A stretch of 55,332 nt of DNA, counting the filler, from Sphacelaria rigidula (taxonomy: Eukaryota), in the NCBI GenBank assembly GCA_964200075.2. It is 6 parts of 6 records of this genome, joined end to end, with 100 filler letters (N's around TTAATTAATTAA, not from the genome) between each part and the next. Parts side by side here need not be neighbours in the genome. Positions count along the whole stretch, not along the records: positions 36,957 to 46,094 come from CAXNAA020009207.1; positions 46,195 to 55,332 come from CAXNAA020009208.1; 4 more parts are not named here. One strand, written 5' to 3'. The notes under the pieces are model-generated. The model did not search any database. It was not told the origin of the DNA and was given only the letters and a program-made list of their open reading frames with translations. Position numbers and translations under genes: made by a program. Shown here piece after piece: positions 37,141-49,486 of the stretch. Numbering within the stretch: position 1 is the stretch's first letter; the number at the start of each line of letters is the position of its first letter.

Positions 37141-37433
37141 CCATTTATATCTGCGGGCCAAGTGAGAGCTTCACAAATGTAGTGCGGGTATTCCGATATA
37201 TATAAGCATACATACTGTACATATTTTTGTTTTGCCGCAGGACTGGTACGCCTTGCGGTATATTGTATGTTCAGTTGTTCTTTAGCTCCGTCAATATCGC
37301 AAGTCTCAAACCAAATGATCAATACTAAATTCAATCAGCTGCTCGGCCTCACACAAAAGTCAAGTAACTTATACCCAGTCTAAGAATTATCCGACGGCAC
37401 AACAAAACGAGGTGATTCCTGGGTACTGCACTA

Positions 37434-37597
37434 AAGTAGTGGGCGGTCAAACTCTTCATTTTGAGGCATTTTGTGATTTCTTCGTAATGGGCGATTTTCT
37501 TGGGCTCTTTTCGCTTGCCACCGCTCATCACATTGGGGATCTGAAAATGTTTGTATCCGCTCCGCATTCCGAGAGGAAAAAAATCACCTGTACTCAA
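37434..37597. mobile_element. Partial Tc1/mariner-type MITE, inverted relative to 20806-21355
   Basis: AGTAGTGGGCGGTC.. matches the right end of the family and stops at the next MITE. Confidence 0.75.
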
Positions 37598-37598
37598 C

Positions 37599-37856
37599 GA
37601 GTGATGCTACGGTAGGGGTGCACAAATATTTTCTGAGGTTAGAATTGTTAGGAGCCCTTTGTCTCATCCAAAAACACAACTTGTGAAAATAAGTGAAAGC
37701 ACGCCAGGATTACTACTCCAATGTGCTGGGGATATCCCGGATGAATTTGCAAACGAGGATGCCCTGAGCCAAATTCTTGTGCATCTAGAATCGTTAGGAG
37801 CCCCTGAACTAGACAATATTTCGCGAAGGAAGTGCACCCCTACCGTAGCATTGCTC
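37599..37856. mobile_element. Sola-like GAG...CTC MITE
   Basis: TIRs GAGTGATGCTACGGTAGGGGTGCAC / GTGCACCCCTACCGTAGCATTGCTC. Confidence 0.85.
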
Positions 37857-38315
37857 ACTTGCGAATTCCACCCACCCGGGTCCCCCCATGGGGTTGGCGT
37901 TGGTTGGCAACGACGCTGTATAACAAGCCACTCACTGCGTACGAAGCTAACTCACTGCGTAAGGTAGGCAATCAGGTTGCCGGGTATTTTTTGCGCCTGC
38001 GATTTTTCTGCGGTAACCATGACGGTGGTTGAGCTAGATCATATTGTGCGGAGTGGGAGAACCTCAACTCCGGTCAAAGGGGATGATCGTACTACGTAGT
38101 GCTTAAATGGTGAGACATCCATGAGGCAGTGTTTGAGCCATGGCTGTCTCAGGAAGTGGCGAAACCCGAAAATGAAGCAACTCATTCGAGGCTGTGATTC
38201 ATATGCAAGATAGTCAGCCAGTATGCTTCGGGCCGAGCAATCTTGACAGGATGCAGCTCACCCTTCATGCGACTCGCCGAACGCACCACGGCGCTTCGCA
38301 CTTTGTGATTGATAG

Positions 38316-38584
38316 CGAGCCTGGTACAGCAAAAAATCGGGCGTGCTCCGTCCCGGCTTGGTGGTAAAGGTACGAGGTCAATGGTAATAACTACGGCATA
38401 CAAGATTATGAGTGCCTACCCCCCCCCGCCTTTTTTCGTATTCCCGATACTTTCATACCAGGTTACGTTCGGACCGGAGAACTTGCATTTGGGCGAAGTG
38501 GGCACCCGAAGACAGTTTGCGGACTGGTCGACTGAGTTCTTCTTGGCTCTGTACGATGGCACGGAGGTGTGTGGGGACATCTGA
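38316..38584 (+). CDS. Possible last two exons (38316-38369, 38462-38584) of an unidentified gene or TE ORF
   Basis: GTACGA donor and pyrimidine-rich CAG acceptor join RAWYSKKSGVLRPGLVVK to VTFGPENL..CGDI*; no homology recognised. Confidence 0.25.
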
Positions 38585-39120
38585 GCCTTTGTGTCATTCT
38601 CCAGTAAGCCATCCTCCAATGTATGATCCTTGGGATTCTCTATCTTCCGACCGCGGGTCCGAATAAACGACTGATATGTTGATGAAGTACGTGAATATAT
38701 TTTATATACTTGTTCACTGGATGTACGCGTGCGCTTGTTAGCGATTTCACGTCTAGCAACGAACCGCAACCATGTTTCATGGGTCCGACCATTCATTCTC
38801 GTGCCGACTATAATAAACAAGTGTTCTTTTGAAGCCCCCTCACGTACTTCCAGCTAGTGCCGACTCGCTTATCGTCGTCAACCACCAGCGGTCTTTGTCA
38901 TCATTTCTTCGGGAGTACCAGCTCGCGTCATAATCCACTCCGTGCGTCGAGGTACACAGAGCACAGATAGCACCGCCGCACTATGCTCACACAGGCGTGA
39001 AGCATGGGCGTCGCCCCGGAGCGTAGTTTGCGCCAGATCGATACGTGCGCCGTCGGTGCGGTGTGGGTGACCCGCGCGTCTGCTGTGTGTGCGGCAGCCT
39101 CGTTTACCCATCTGCCAATC

Positions 39121-39382
39121 GAGTGGCGGTACGGTAGGAGTGCGCGGATATTTTCTGAGGTCCGCATTGTCAGGAGCCCTCTATCTCACCCAAAAACAAC
39201 TTCATCAAATATGTGAGAGCACGCCACGATTAGCCTTTCAAGGGGCTAGGGATATATCCCGAGTGCGTTTGAAAACAGGAAATGTCCTGATCCCATATTC
39301 TTGTTCAGCTCCTAACTTTGGGAGCCTCTGAATGAGGAAGGTCTAGGCCGAAAATGTGCAACTCTTGCCGTAGGCATGCCTC
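39121..39382. mobile_element. Diverged Sola-like MITE (further fragment ~39560-39685)
   Basis: GAGTGGCGGTACGGTAGGAGTGCGC..ATATTTTCTGAGGT..AGGAGCCC colinear with 37599. Confidence 0.65.
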
Positions 39383-39772
39383 CCGTGCGTGTGTGTTTGT
39401 GCTACTAACCACTGTTATAGCAGCACGGTAAAATACGCAAAAGGTCGAAATAGCGCGTGACTGCTTCGCTATATAGATTCCTTCTGAAGCACATCGGTCT
39501 TCGAGGGGTTTACCCTGAGATTTTGTCCTGATTAGTGGTACCGGAGTCACGCCACGGTAGGGGTTGCGCCTTCTGGCCAAGATATTCCTCACTGAGGGGC
39601 TCCTAAAGTTAGGAGCTACACAAGATTGCGGGTCAGGGCATTCCCGTCCGAAGTTCACCCGAGACATCCCTAGCCCATTGGCATGCTACTCTTGGCCTGC
39701 CCTTACATGTTTCGTATGTCTCTTATTGTTAGTGTGAAAGCCTCGCCGATCACTAGACCTCAATGTGGTGAA

Positions 39773-40029
39773 GAGCAATGCTACGGTAGGGGTGCACTTT
39801 TTTTGCGAAATTTTGTCTGGTTCAGGGGGTCCTAACGGTTCTAGACGCACAAGAATATGGGTCAGGGCATCCTCGTTTGCAGATTTATTCGGGATATCCT
39901 CAGCAGATCGCAATACTAATCCTAGCGTACTCTCGCATATTTTCATAAGTCATGTTTTGGACGAGATAAAGCGCTTCTAACAATTCTAACCTCAAAAAAT
40001 ATTTGTGTACCCCTACCGTAGCATCACTC
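39773..40029. mobile_element. Sola-like GAG...CTC MITE with TGAA TSD
   Basis: ~25-bp TIRs; TGAA at 39769-72 and 40030-33. Confidence 0.88.
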
Positions 40030-42774
40030 TGAAGCGTCCAGACAGAAGTACAACGTACTACGTGGGACACCTTTTTATGATCAGCTTGGTTCTGACCAGT
40101 GCCCGAGGAGGAATCTACAGCTGGTTCAACCTAGAACCATCCGCCGTGTACAAGTGACTTTTTTTTTCGGTGAAAAAAGGGAGTGAAGTCGATCGCGCGG
40201 CCAACGAACACGCGTTTTCATGTTTCTGACAACACCAGCAAATGATGTTTTTGAGAGTGGGGGTACTTTCCCTTGTGTGTGTTGTGGAGCAGTCGCAAAG
40301 GCCGCTTTGACGATAATTTATCGAAAACTTATCATGTCAAGGAAATTGCATGTGCGTAGAAGCTGACCGCGCACAATGGCGATCGTTTTGTGCATGCTCT
40401 ATGTCAATTGGTTGAGTAGCTGGCCAGAGATGACGGTTGTGCCATGAACCTTCAGCTGCTTTTCTGGATGATGGCACGGCGTTGTTTAGGTGCCGGATAC
40501 AGACCGTATATGTGCGGGTTATGGCCTGATTGCACATGTATTTCCCATTCCTGCGGTCTCGAGAGTATGAACACAAGAAGATCACGACATTTTCATCTGT
40601 TGATTTCCGCTGTCTCAGATGATGACTGGTTGTGAGAACGGTAACGTGTACATATATTCCACCGCGTCCCGAGGGGGTTGACTGGTTTACAGGGGAATGT
40701 TCGAATGTCTCTGAGAGATACGATATTTTCTTGGAGCAGAAAGTCTGGCGTCCGGTGTTGACAGCATGAAGGCGAGAAACATCATTTTTCGCTTGATTGA
40801 GTGTCTAGCATTTGATTGAGAGTGAGGGCTCAAATAATTGGAAATCTGACTCCTCCCTATCGACTGGTGTTTATTGAGAAATAGTTGGCCAGTCAGTGGT
40901 GGAGCGGCTCGAATGAAACCCCTTAACGGTTGGGTGAATGCAATGCAGAGTTTTCATGGCATTTATCCAGGCAGTATGCAGAAGTCTAGAAACCCAAGAT
41001 TTCCATAAATGGTTGGTCAAACTTTTGATAACGCTCCCCTTCCGTCCCCTGGCCAGACGCCTCATTATTTCAAGCCCTGATGAAGAAAGATGGAAACAGA
41101 GAAGACCCACGGCAACCATTTTCGCGGCGGAAGGTCACAGAATAATCCGCTAGCATACGTCATGCACGCACCAAAAATGTCACCCCGGTGCAGTCAGATT
41201 AGTTTTGTCCAGTGAGGGACGCAACGGGTCAAGTTTGTTCAACTTTTTGCACACAGCCAAGTTCAGCACTTGCTTGCCCGAGGTCTATACAAACAAAATT
41301 CGGCACCCCCTGTCTATTTTCTATATACGGAGTCGGGTGCGGCCCTTGGGCACATTGTTTTATGGGTCTGAAACACACCACTCGGGCTAATATTTTGTGC
41401 GAAAGCTGTAATTACTCAACCATATTTCAGTAGTCCATCGTGTAATACACTCACTATTACAGTACATCTGCGGTTTTTCCGAACAGCTGTGGTGGTTGTC
41501 TATGAGGGTGCCTGGGGTTGTTTTTTAGTTGATCCTGGCTCGGTGGCCATGCTAATCCGTCCCCTTGTGTCATCCGCCTTTTCTTGAATTTTCTTCTGTT
41601 TTATTTTCTGTCGGTGTGCTTTTCTTAGCAGATCTAAAGTTTTTTTCTTTTCTTTTCACCCCGTTGAACTCGGGGAAGCTACTTCTCATGTTTTTTTTGG
41701 CATCTCTCTTCTTATTTTCATCTTGGTAGTATTTTAGTTGATTGCGTTTGCTCTTGTAATTAGGCTGAGGTTACAGACAACAAAAATGACGGAGGGCTCT
41801 ATGTCTTGTAAGGAATAGGAGGGACGGTATTGGAAAGACAAGCCTACGTCTGTGACCACGGGTTCGGGAGATCGGACTAATGTGCGGAAATAATAACAAA
41901 ATAATAATGTTGAGAAAACAGCACCTCGGAATCCACACTTTTCTATCGCCAGTGCCAAAAGGGCTGATGCCTGAAACAGCTCCATTGCAGAAATGCCCCT
42001 CCGGGCCTTATCCGAGACCCTATAACCTTTCTGCAGCAGTTTGCCACTGAAGCCTCTGATACCCCTGAGTAGGATATAGGCGTGTAGTAGCTGTAAGTAC
42101 ACAGCATTGTTACAGGCAAATAGACGCACAAAACCAAAGGTTGATCAAGTTACAGTACAGCGAATTATCCAACTCACTTTCAATCAAATAATAGGACACT
42201 AGACACTCACTTTGGCGAAAAGGTTGCTGCGAATAGGAGAAAAAAATGACGAGAGTCAACGCGATGCGGGAGTGTTCGTCATGATCCAACCCGCGATACA
42301 GTACACCATCAACACCCCTGGTAGGTAACGGGTAAAGACGGGTTTGATCCCATGAAACTGCGGACTTGTGCCGAGCAAGGGCGGGGGGTTGAAAGGATGA
42401 TGACACATGCATATTCCTATATATTAATAGCGTAATGTCGCCAGCTCCCACACTGCGAACAAGTATGAGTGTGTCCGGATTACCCATATTGTAGCCAAGA
42501 CACAAATGATCCTTATCGGAACAATATTTTGTACCAGACTCGGACTGAAGAGTAGAAAATATTCACTCTTCTCTATCGTCCCGCAGAACCAGCCTGAAAG
42601 ATGATGCGTGCTGAACGGTCAAGTTTCATCGATCCCCATGGGAATTTGAAAACCCCGTGGTCTGCACAGCACCGAAACGACGAAATGCACCCGTGCACAG
42701 CAATACAGCGTTTTACTGAGAGACGAAGCATTGCCCCATGTGAACGGCGGAGTTTTTTTTTTTTATCCAATATA

Positions 42775-43002
42775 CTGTACAAGAGTAGCACTATTCTATA
42801 GAGTACAGCATGTACAGTGTACTAGCGCCTTCCACGGAATCGTGGTCTGCACAGCTGTACAAGAGTAACACTATACTATAGAGTACAGCATGTACCGTGT
42901 ATTAGCTCCTTCCACGGAATCGTGGTCTGCACAGCTGTACAAGAGTAGCTCTATCCTAAAGAGTACAGCATGTACAGTGCATTACCTCCTTCCACGGAAT
43001 CG
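42775..43002. repeat. 80-bp minisatellite, ~2.9 copies
   Basis: CTGTACAAGAGTA at 42775, 42855, 42935. Confidence 0.92.
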
Positions 43003-43429
43003 GATGATCAGGGTACTGTACCTCCCTTGCAGGGTTGGATGATCAGTGGTATGGCGAGAGCACTGAAGGGCGAGAACGTGTACAGCACCTCTACTATCTG
43101 TATGACAAACAAAACTGTAGCACAAATTGCCGCATACAAAGAAAGAGTCAGTATAGTAGTTTCATAAGTATTTTATATACGTTTTGACTATGAAATTGGA
43201 CTGCGCCTCGAAGAGTACGGAATTGGATCTGCCGCCAAACATGGAGCAACTGCTATATATACAGTCGCTCTTATGGCTTGCGGCTCTTGCACTACACAAC
43301 GACAGTATTTGTATGTGCGGTAGCTCTTATGGCTTGCATCGTTGCGGCGGCAGCGACTCTCTCGACAAGCACAACAACGGTAAGCGGGCATCACAACCGG
43401 TGATCGGTCATGGGCTCTTCAACTGCACG

Positions 43430-44295
43430 ACAACACTGCAGTCGCGGTTGTGACTTGTGGCACCACCTCTCACGAAGCCGGTTGGCATGTTCTGCTCGCC
43501 TCTCTCAAAAATGAAAACGCCACATATATTTGAAAAGAGCACACCTGCTATTTATGCTCACGGCACCCAGTGTAAAAGAGCACCAGCCACAGCAGTTCTT
43601 TATTGCTCAGTCGCAATCGCTGTCGTCAACGTGCTGCACGTGCGGCATGACGACCGTACTGGGACTTCACCCTCTCTAATGTACACGAGAACGGTCTTGC
43701 ACCTTGGAACTCCATAGTTGAAATCTATTCAATGAAGATTCAATTTTTGGTGATCGGCTATTGCATAATACTAAACGGTAGTTCGTATCTGCAGTCGCTC
43801 TTGTGGCTTGCGCCATCACCTCCCACCAAGTCGATCGGCATGTTCTGCTTGCCTCTCTCAACAATTAGAACATCACATAGGTTGTAAGAAAGACCAGCTA
43901 TATGTGCTCACCATACAAATTGTAAAAGAGCACCAGGCACAGCAGTTCTTTATTACTCAGTCGCAATCGCTGTCGTCAACGTGCTGCACGTGCGGCATGA
44001 CGACCAGACTGGGACTTCACCGTCTCCAATGTACACGAGAACGGTCTTGCAACTTGGAACTCTTTATTTTTCAAATAAATCTGTTCAATAAAGATTCAGT
44101 TTTTAGTGATCGGCTATTGCAATATACTAAACGGTAGTTCGTATCTGCAGCCGCTCTTGTGGCTTGAGCCATCACCTCCCACAAAGTCGGTCGGCGTGTT
44201 CTGCTTGCCTCTCTCGACAATTAGAACATCACATGAGTTGTATAAAAAATCAGCGATATGTGCTCACCATACGGCTTGTGAAAGAGCACCTGCGA
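43430..44295. repeat. ~350-355-bp tandem repeat, ~2.4 copies
   Basis: CTCAGTCGCAATCGCTGTCGTCAACGTGCTGCACGTGCGGCATGACGACC twice; GTAGTTCGTATCTGCAG twice. Confidence 0.88.
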
Positions 44296-45531
44296 TATAG
44301 TACTCATCACGACACAGACTACGAAAGAGCACCAGCTAAGAGCACCAGCCACGCCGAACTCAACGTCGAGCGCGTGGTGTTTGCCGGAACAGACAACATG
44401 TCATGGAGCGTATTATGTGCTTCGGTTTGTTCCGAGAATCCTCGGGGTGTCACGAGGTCTGAGTTTGTTTATCTGCTGTCGCGGTAACATACACACATTT
44501 CAGTCAAGCATGAAAATGGAATGAACTAAATGCGGAGCAACACTATGGAATCAACATAATTGCGGAGCAACTGTGCTCCGTCACAGACCATCACGTGCAG
44601 TTCATGACCCGCCACAGAACAAATAGCGGAGCAGCTATCCCCTGACATGAACAGTCAGCTGCTACACGTTCCCTCTAGACCGCTTTGTGTACATTGGCAA
44701 GGGCTACCGCTTTCAATTGCAGCCAGCACAACGGGCGACAACGGACGCAGGGTGCAATACTAGAGTTCGACCGTAACATGGTGTTGTACTGTCTCTCATC
44801 TCTCACTTCTCATCCCCTGGCCAACTTCCTTTTGTCTCAGTGACTTCCCCATTGCCAGCTCGAACATATAGCAACTTTGATATGTGTTTCTCGTTTCAAA
44901 GCTGAACATTCTATGCTCGCTTGCTTCTCATCCATGTATAGTGCGCGCCGATATATCATGAAGGGGAAAGAGCTACCGTTTTGTGTACCCAGCGGCACAG
45001 CGAACCCGAGGTGAAAAGTGTGGCGTGTACCGGGATAGACAACATCATGGCGACGGTATTTTGCTCTCATGTCTGTTGGTTATATTGAGTCTATCGGAAC
45101 CGCGATGTTCGCCGCGCCGTCTCTATAGCACTCATCCTTTGTTTGGAAAAACATGGACCGCGTGTCACCCACGGTTAGATCAGAAAACCGGAAATTTCCG
45201 GTATACACTTCGATTTTTTTTATTCCCGAGGTTTCGAGGGTATGTCTTTGAAGCAGGAGGACAAGACTGCTGCTATAGGGTGCGAACAGGGAGGGTGTTG
45301 CCTCCGCCTGCGATCAACCCGTCAACAGATTGGATTGTAAAAGCGAATGTGTGAGGGCGGAGCATCCCAGGACAAAGAAGGAGAAGGGAATATTTGTCTG
45401 TGGTCAGGGGGCAGCGCGGAGAGAATATTCGGACACGTGCCCCCCCCCCCCCTCCCGGAAGGCATTTTTTCGAAAATGATCATAATCTTTTCTATTTTTT
45501 TTGTCAACTTTGTTGCAAGAAATTGATCGAT

Positions 45532-45740
45532 AGAGGTATCTTAAACTCGGTTTCCGGTTTCCTGGTTTGTTTGTTCTATTTTTCCAAGTGAAAGCGATGG
45601 CGATTCATCAGATGAGGGTACCTTTTGACCGCCAGGTCAGATCCTCCTGTGAATCGCCATCACTTTCACTTGAAAAATAATACAAAACCCAGAGCCACCG
45701 AATAAACCAGGAAACCGGGAACCGAGTTTGGCATACCTCT
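45532..45740. mobile_element. Small MITE with AGA...TCT ends and 3-bp TSD GAT
   Basis: AGAGGTAT..AAACTCGGTTTCCGGTTTCCTGGTTT vs AAACCAGGAAACCGGGAACCGAGTTT..ATACCTCT. Confidence 0.82.
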
Positions 45741-46094
45741 GATAAACACTGTTTGGATATTTCCGTTTATGTTGTTACAAGAAATTGATCAATAAACAAT
45801 GACAAAAACCGAAAAGTCTGGTGGGCTTTGCGGGGTTTGTATGTTTGCTTCTACTCCTTAATATATATTTATGTAAATATATAACATAAAAGTATGAGGA
45901 ACATATATATATGTACGGTGTATATAGTATATATACTATATACTAAAGAGCAAGACCGTACATATTCATTTCACTTTTTTCACCACTTTTGCCGAGTTTC
46001 TTCAGGCGGCAAGGCATCTCATCACGCGCTTTCTTTTGCAGTGCACGAAGAGGGTGCAGCAGTACATTACCTTTCAGGTTTGGGTGTCATCTGA

Positions 46095-46194
46095 NNNNNN
46101 NNNNNNNNNNNNNNNNNNNNNNNNNNNNNNNNNNNNNNTTAATTAATTAANNNNNNNNNNNNNNNNNNNNNNNNNNNNNNNNNNNNNNNNNNNN
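46095..46194. other. Artificial contig linker
   Basis: Same 100-bp spacer. Confidence 0.98.
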
Positions 46195-46467
46195 TTCAGA
46201 CGTTGGCTCTTCCGATTCCATGGTTACCCCCCCCCCCCCCCCCGGCATCACGGCCTTTTTTCTTTTCATTGTTGCGATTTTTGTGTGTGCGGAATTCTAG
46301 TCGACAGTGATCGATATCCCCCTCGCGCGTGTGTATATCATGTTTATATATAGTACATGTGTCTGTTCAGGTGTTTTATGTGCCCTTTGATAACTTGTCG
46401 CTTTGTTCATTTATGTCTTGTGTGTTTGTTTCAAGAGCTGGGGCAGCCTAGATGCTCACATTTGTGT

Positions 46468-46670
46468 ATGTGTGTTGTCATCCCATTTATTCTGGATGCC
46501 GGTCTATATCTTTCGGTATATGTGGGCGCACTAGCCGGGGTCACCCAGGAGGAAGGTCAACATATGAGTATTTATTTTTTATTTGTTTTTGCTCTCCACT
46601 TTCCTTCTGCGTTGCTTGCCTTTATTCTTTATCTCGAGAGGAGTTGAGCAGTCCCTTTCTCTCGTCGACC
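46468..46670 (+). repeat. Dispersed SINE/LINE-tail-like repeat
   Basis: Same family as 27068-27290 and 30600-30795. Confidence 0.65.
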
Positions 46671-46690
46671 GTTGAGTCGAATTTTGTGTA

Positions 46691-47239
46691 CAGTCGTGGG
46701 CGGTCTAAATATTTCCGGGTGTTTGGAGCATTTTTCCGCGTACTACTCTTCGATAGAACTCGAAATTGCTAGCGTCGGTAGATTTTGGTACAATGAACAG
46801 ACCATCCTCGAAACACGGTGCCCAAGTCAGTGTCAGTTGGTGTTATCGGGCGAAACGCGCAAATACCTCGTTTATCAGGAGGGTGTTATTGACCGTAAAA
46901 CATAATTTTTCGGCCCTAGTGCAATAAGTACGCAGAATTTCTCAAAAATGTAATTGTACATCCCTTCACAAATATAATCAAAACAGGCTCGATCGACCGA
47001 AAATACAGAAGAGCAAGAATCTGGGCTGAAACGTGGCAGGACCCCCAATGACCGGTCAGCCCGGTAGTCACTCAATATTGAGGACATATGCTTTTTTTTC
47101 TAGGAACATTGAGCGGATACAAATATCCATAGAACCCCGATGTGATGAGCGATGGCAAGCAGAAAGAGTCCGAGAAAATCGCCAATCACGAAAAAATCAC
47201 GGAAGGCCACAAAATGATTAGTTAGACCGCCGACTACTG
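46691..47239. mobile_element. Tc1/mariner-type MITE
   Basis: TA|CAGTCGTGGGCGGTCTAA...TTAGACCGCCGACTACTG|TA; colinear with 20806-21355. Confidence 0.9.
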
Positions 47240-47261
47240 TACCCACGGCATAGTCGCTCTC

Positions 47262-47363
47262 CACTGTTGGGAATTGTGTGAGAAAGAATCCCAGATCGCT
47301 TCGAGATTTGAACCCACCACCCAACCGTCAGCAGGTTTCGAGGCTACCAACTGAGCCACCGGG
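47262..47363 (-). mobile_element. tRNA-derived SINE head
   Basis: Minus strand CCCGGTGGCTCAGTTGG (A box) and GGTTCAAATC (B box); no intact cloverleaf. Confidence 0.6.
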
Positions 47364-47454
47364 ATGACCGACGTAATAGTAGCACACGATAACGTTTTCA
47401 GTTTCCCGAACTAACCTGATGTAGGTATATCGCTGTGGAGTATGAACCAATCTT

Positions 47455-47790
47455 CTGGTGCACTCCCTGCCGCTCTCTCCGGGACACGCCTTGCATTTTG
47501 GTCTCGCGGATTGGGACAGCACTCCCGCACCGCGTCAACTCGCGTCAAACAAATTCAGTCGAATACTCTTTGTTTACTCACGTACTCACGCCTTCCACGG
47601 TGGAAATAAGATACTACGAAGAAAAATCCCATCGCATCGGGAATCGAAGTCTCGTTCTCTCCACCCTAATGGCGATACTGTAGTCGGACCATGACGCCAC
47701 CGGGGCGCTGCGGCATACCGGGGAGAGATGGGTTGATCTCTTGAGACCCCGGCCTCGTCCCGACGAAGGGGAGGGGTTTTATGTGCGACA
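47455..47790. repeat. Two fragments (opposite orientations) of the repeat at 54935-55066
   Basis: CATTTTGGTCTCGCGG.TTGGG.CAGCACTCCCGCACCG.GTCAACTC shared; 47715-47790 matches the reverse complement of 54935-55000. Confidence 0.7.
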
Positions 47791-48802
47791 AATGAAAGAT
47801 AAATAATGTCCCTGCCGCTAAAAAGAGATTGAAGGGGCACCATAGCATATACATATGGGTAAGTAAGGTTACCTCTCACCTCGGAAAACGAAGCGGGGGA
47901 ATTCACCCGACTCTGAAAACAGTACACTTCACAAACCCGTTCAGCTCCACGTCACCCTGCGACGTTTTTCAATATCTGAAAGCTTGATGAGATAGTGCAA
48001 TGTTTTCCCATCACTGTTCACCTTCGACGAGGGCGAGATTCGACCTTCGACCCAAGCTGTCAGCGCCTCAAAGTGTGCGGTTAATGGGCAACACGCGGAG
48101 TTCTGACGGTGGCTCTGACTCTTTGATTTTGAAAAACGGAAATTTGATTCTTTACACGCATACTCGATGAACACCGGAGACACCAGAACTCACGAAGAGC
48201 GTCACTGTTAGCCATGCTCATCGGGGATAAAATATATGGGAAATTTTTGCAAAAAGTGTCCGGGAGATTCCTGACGGAAAATCGCACAAGCCAATGAGAT
48301 GGTAATGATCCACCCGGGCGATCGACGAAGAAGCGAATGGGCCGCCCGGTCGGTTGGGAAAAGAAGCGTAGAAGGCCATCTGCACCCATAACATCCACAC
48401 GTCCCTGCTGCATTGCATCGCCGGTACAGTCTGTTCATCATTTACTCTCACGTCAAAACTGTAAGAATGCAACACAGATGGCCCGCCCTGGGGGTGCCAG
48501 TCTGTATAGGTCGAGACAAAGTCGATCGAAAACGCACAGTAAAGTACAGCAGTGCAATGCTTGACATTACAGTACAGTGTTGTCTTCTTCCTCCCACCCG
48601 TTGCGTTCGTTCCGTTTGTCTAGGGGTGTGACCAAGGATCAGACGACACGAAACTTTCCGACACCACCATCCCTTCCTGCCTTCAGTTGCAAAAAACGTG
48701 CTCGGGCTGCGGTGGGGATTCATTTTTTAATCAAATAGTTCTCCCATACAAGCACAACTGACCCATGATGCGGTGGCTGCTGTCTGTGTAAATAAACAAA
48801 GC

Positions 48803-49485
48803 CGAAGTGCACCGTACAACACAGTACAATCAGTACAGTACAATGTTATCTTCTCTGTGAACCCCGCCGCATTCCTCCCTTCTGCTGTGCATATCGTGGA
48901 GCATCGGATTACTCCTTAGGAGATCGTCACTGGAGATGGTCGCCTCTTTCTATAGAAAAACCGGCGCTAAAGTTGAACTCTCTGAACCCCGTTTAGGTCA
49001 TCTGGGTTTTGCACTCATTTTTAAAGCACTCTACACGGCACTTCCGGAAACGTCAGTGAACTGCCTTCTAGACGGACGATGCGACTGTTTACGCTCTAGA
49101 ACTGTGCTTTAGAGAAAATATTTTTCAAATTTTCGAGAACGGTCATCGACCACACGGGTCGCAGAAGTGCACCGTACAACACAGTACAATCAGAACAGTA
49201 GAGCGCAGTACAGTTCAATGCTATCTTCTCTGTGAATCACGCCGCATTCCTCCCTTCTTCTGTGCGTATCGTGGAGCATCGGATTACTCCTTTGGAGATC
49301 GTCACTGGAGATGGTCGCCTCTTTCTATAAAAAACCGGCTCTAAAGTTGAACTCTCTGAACCCCGTTTAGGTCATCTGGGTTTTGCACTCATTTTTAAAG
49401 TACTCTACACGGCACGTTCCAGAAACGTCAGTGACCAGCCTTCTAGACGGACGATGCGACTGTTTACGCTCTAGAACTGTGCTTT
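48803..49485. repeat. Two near-identical direct repeats (~310 bp, period ~361)
   Basis: GAAGTGCACCGTACAACACAGTACAATCAG ... CTCTAGAACTGTGCTTT at ~48804 and ~49165. Confidence 0.92.
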
Positions 49486-49486
49486 G

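Noticed and set aside
41070..41102. Hammerhead ribozyme (CTGATGA...GAAAC)
   Set aside because: The sequence between the core motifs cannot form stem II, and no flanking stems are evident.
40337..41150. GIY-YIG endonuclease suggested by GGIYV on the minus strand
   Set aside because: No second YIG/YVG motif in frame and multiple stops; too weak to call.
42775..43002. CRISPR-like array (also considered for 48803-50630)
   Set aside because: Whole units are repeated with no unique spacers, there are no cas genes, and the context is eukaryotic.
47290..47363. tRNA gene (also the B-box-like motif near 4035-4065)
   Set aside because: Only promoter-box-like motifs are present; acceptor and anticodon stems cannot be formed.
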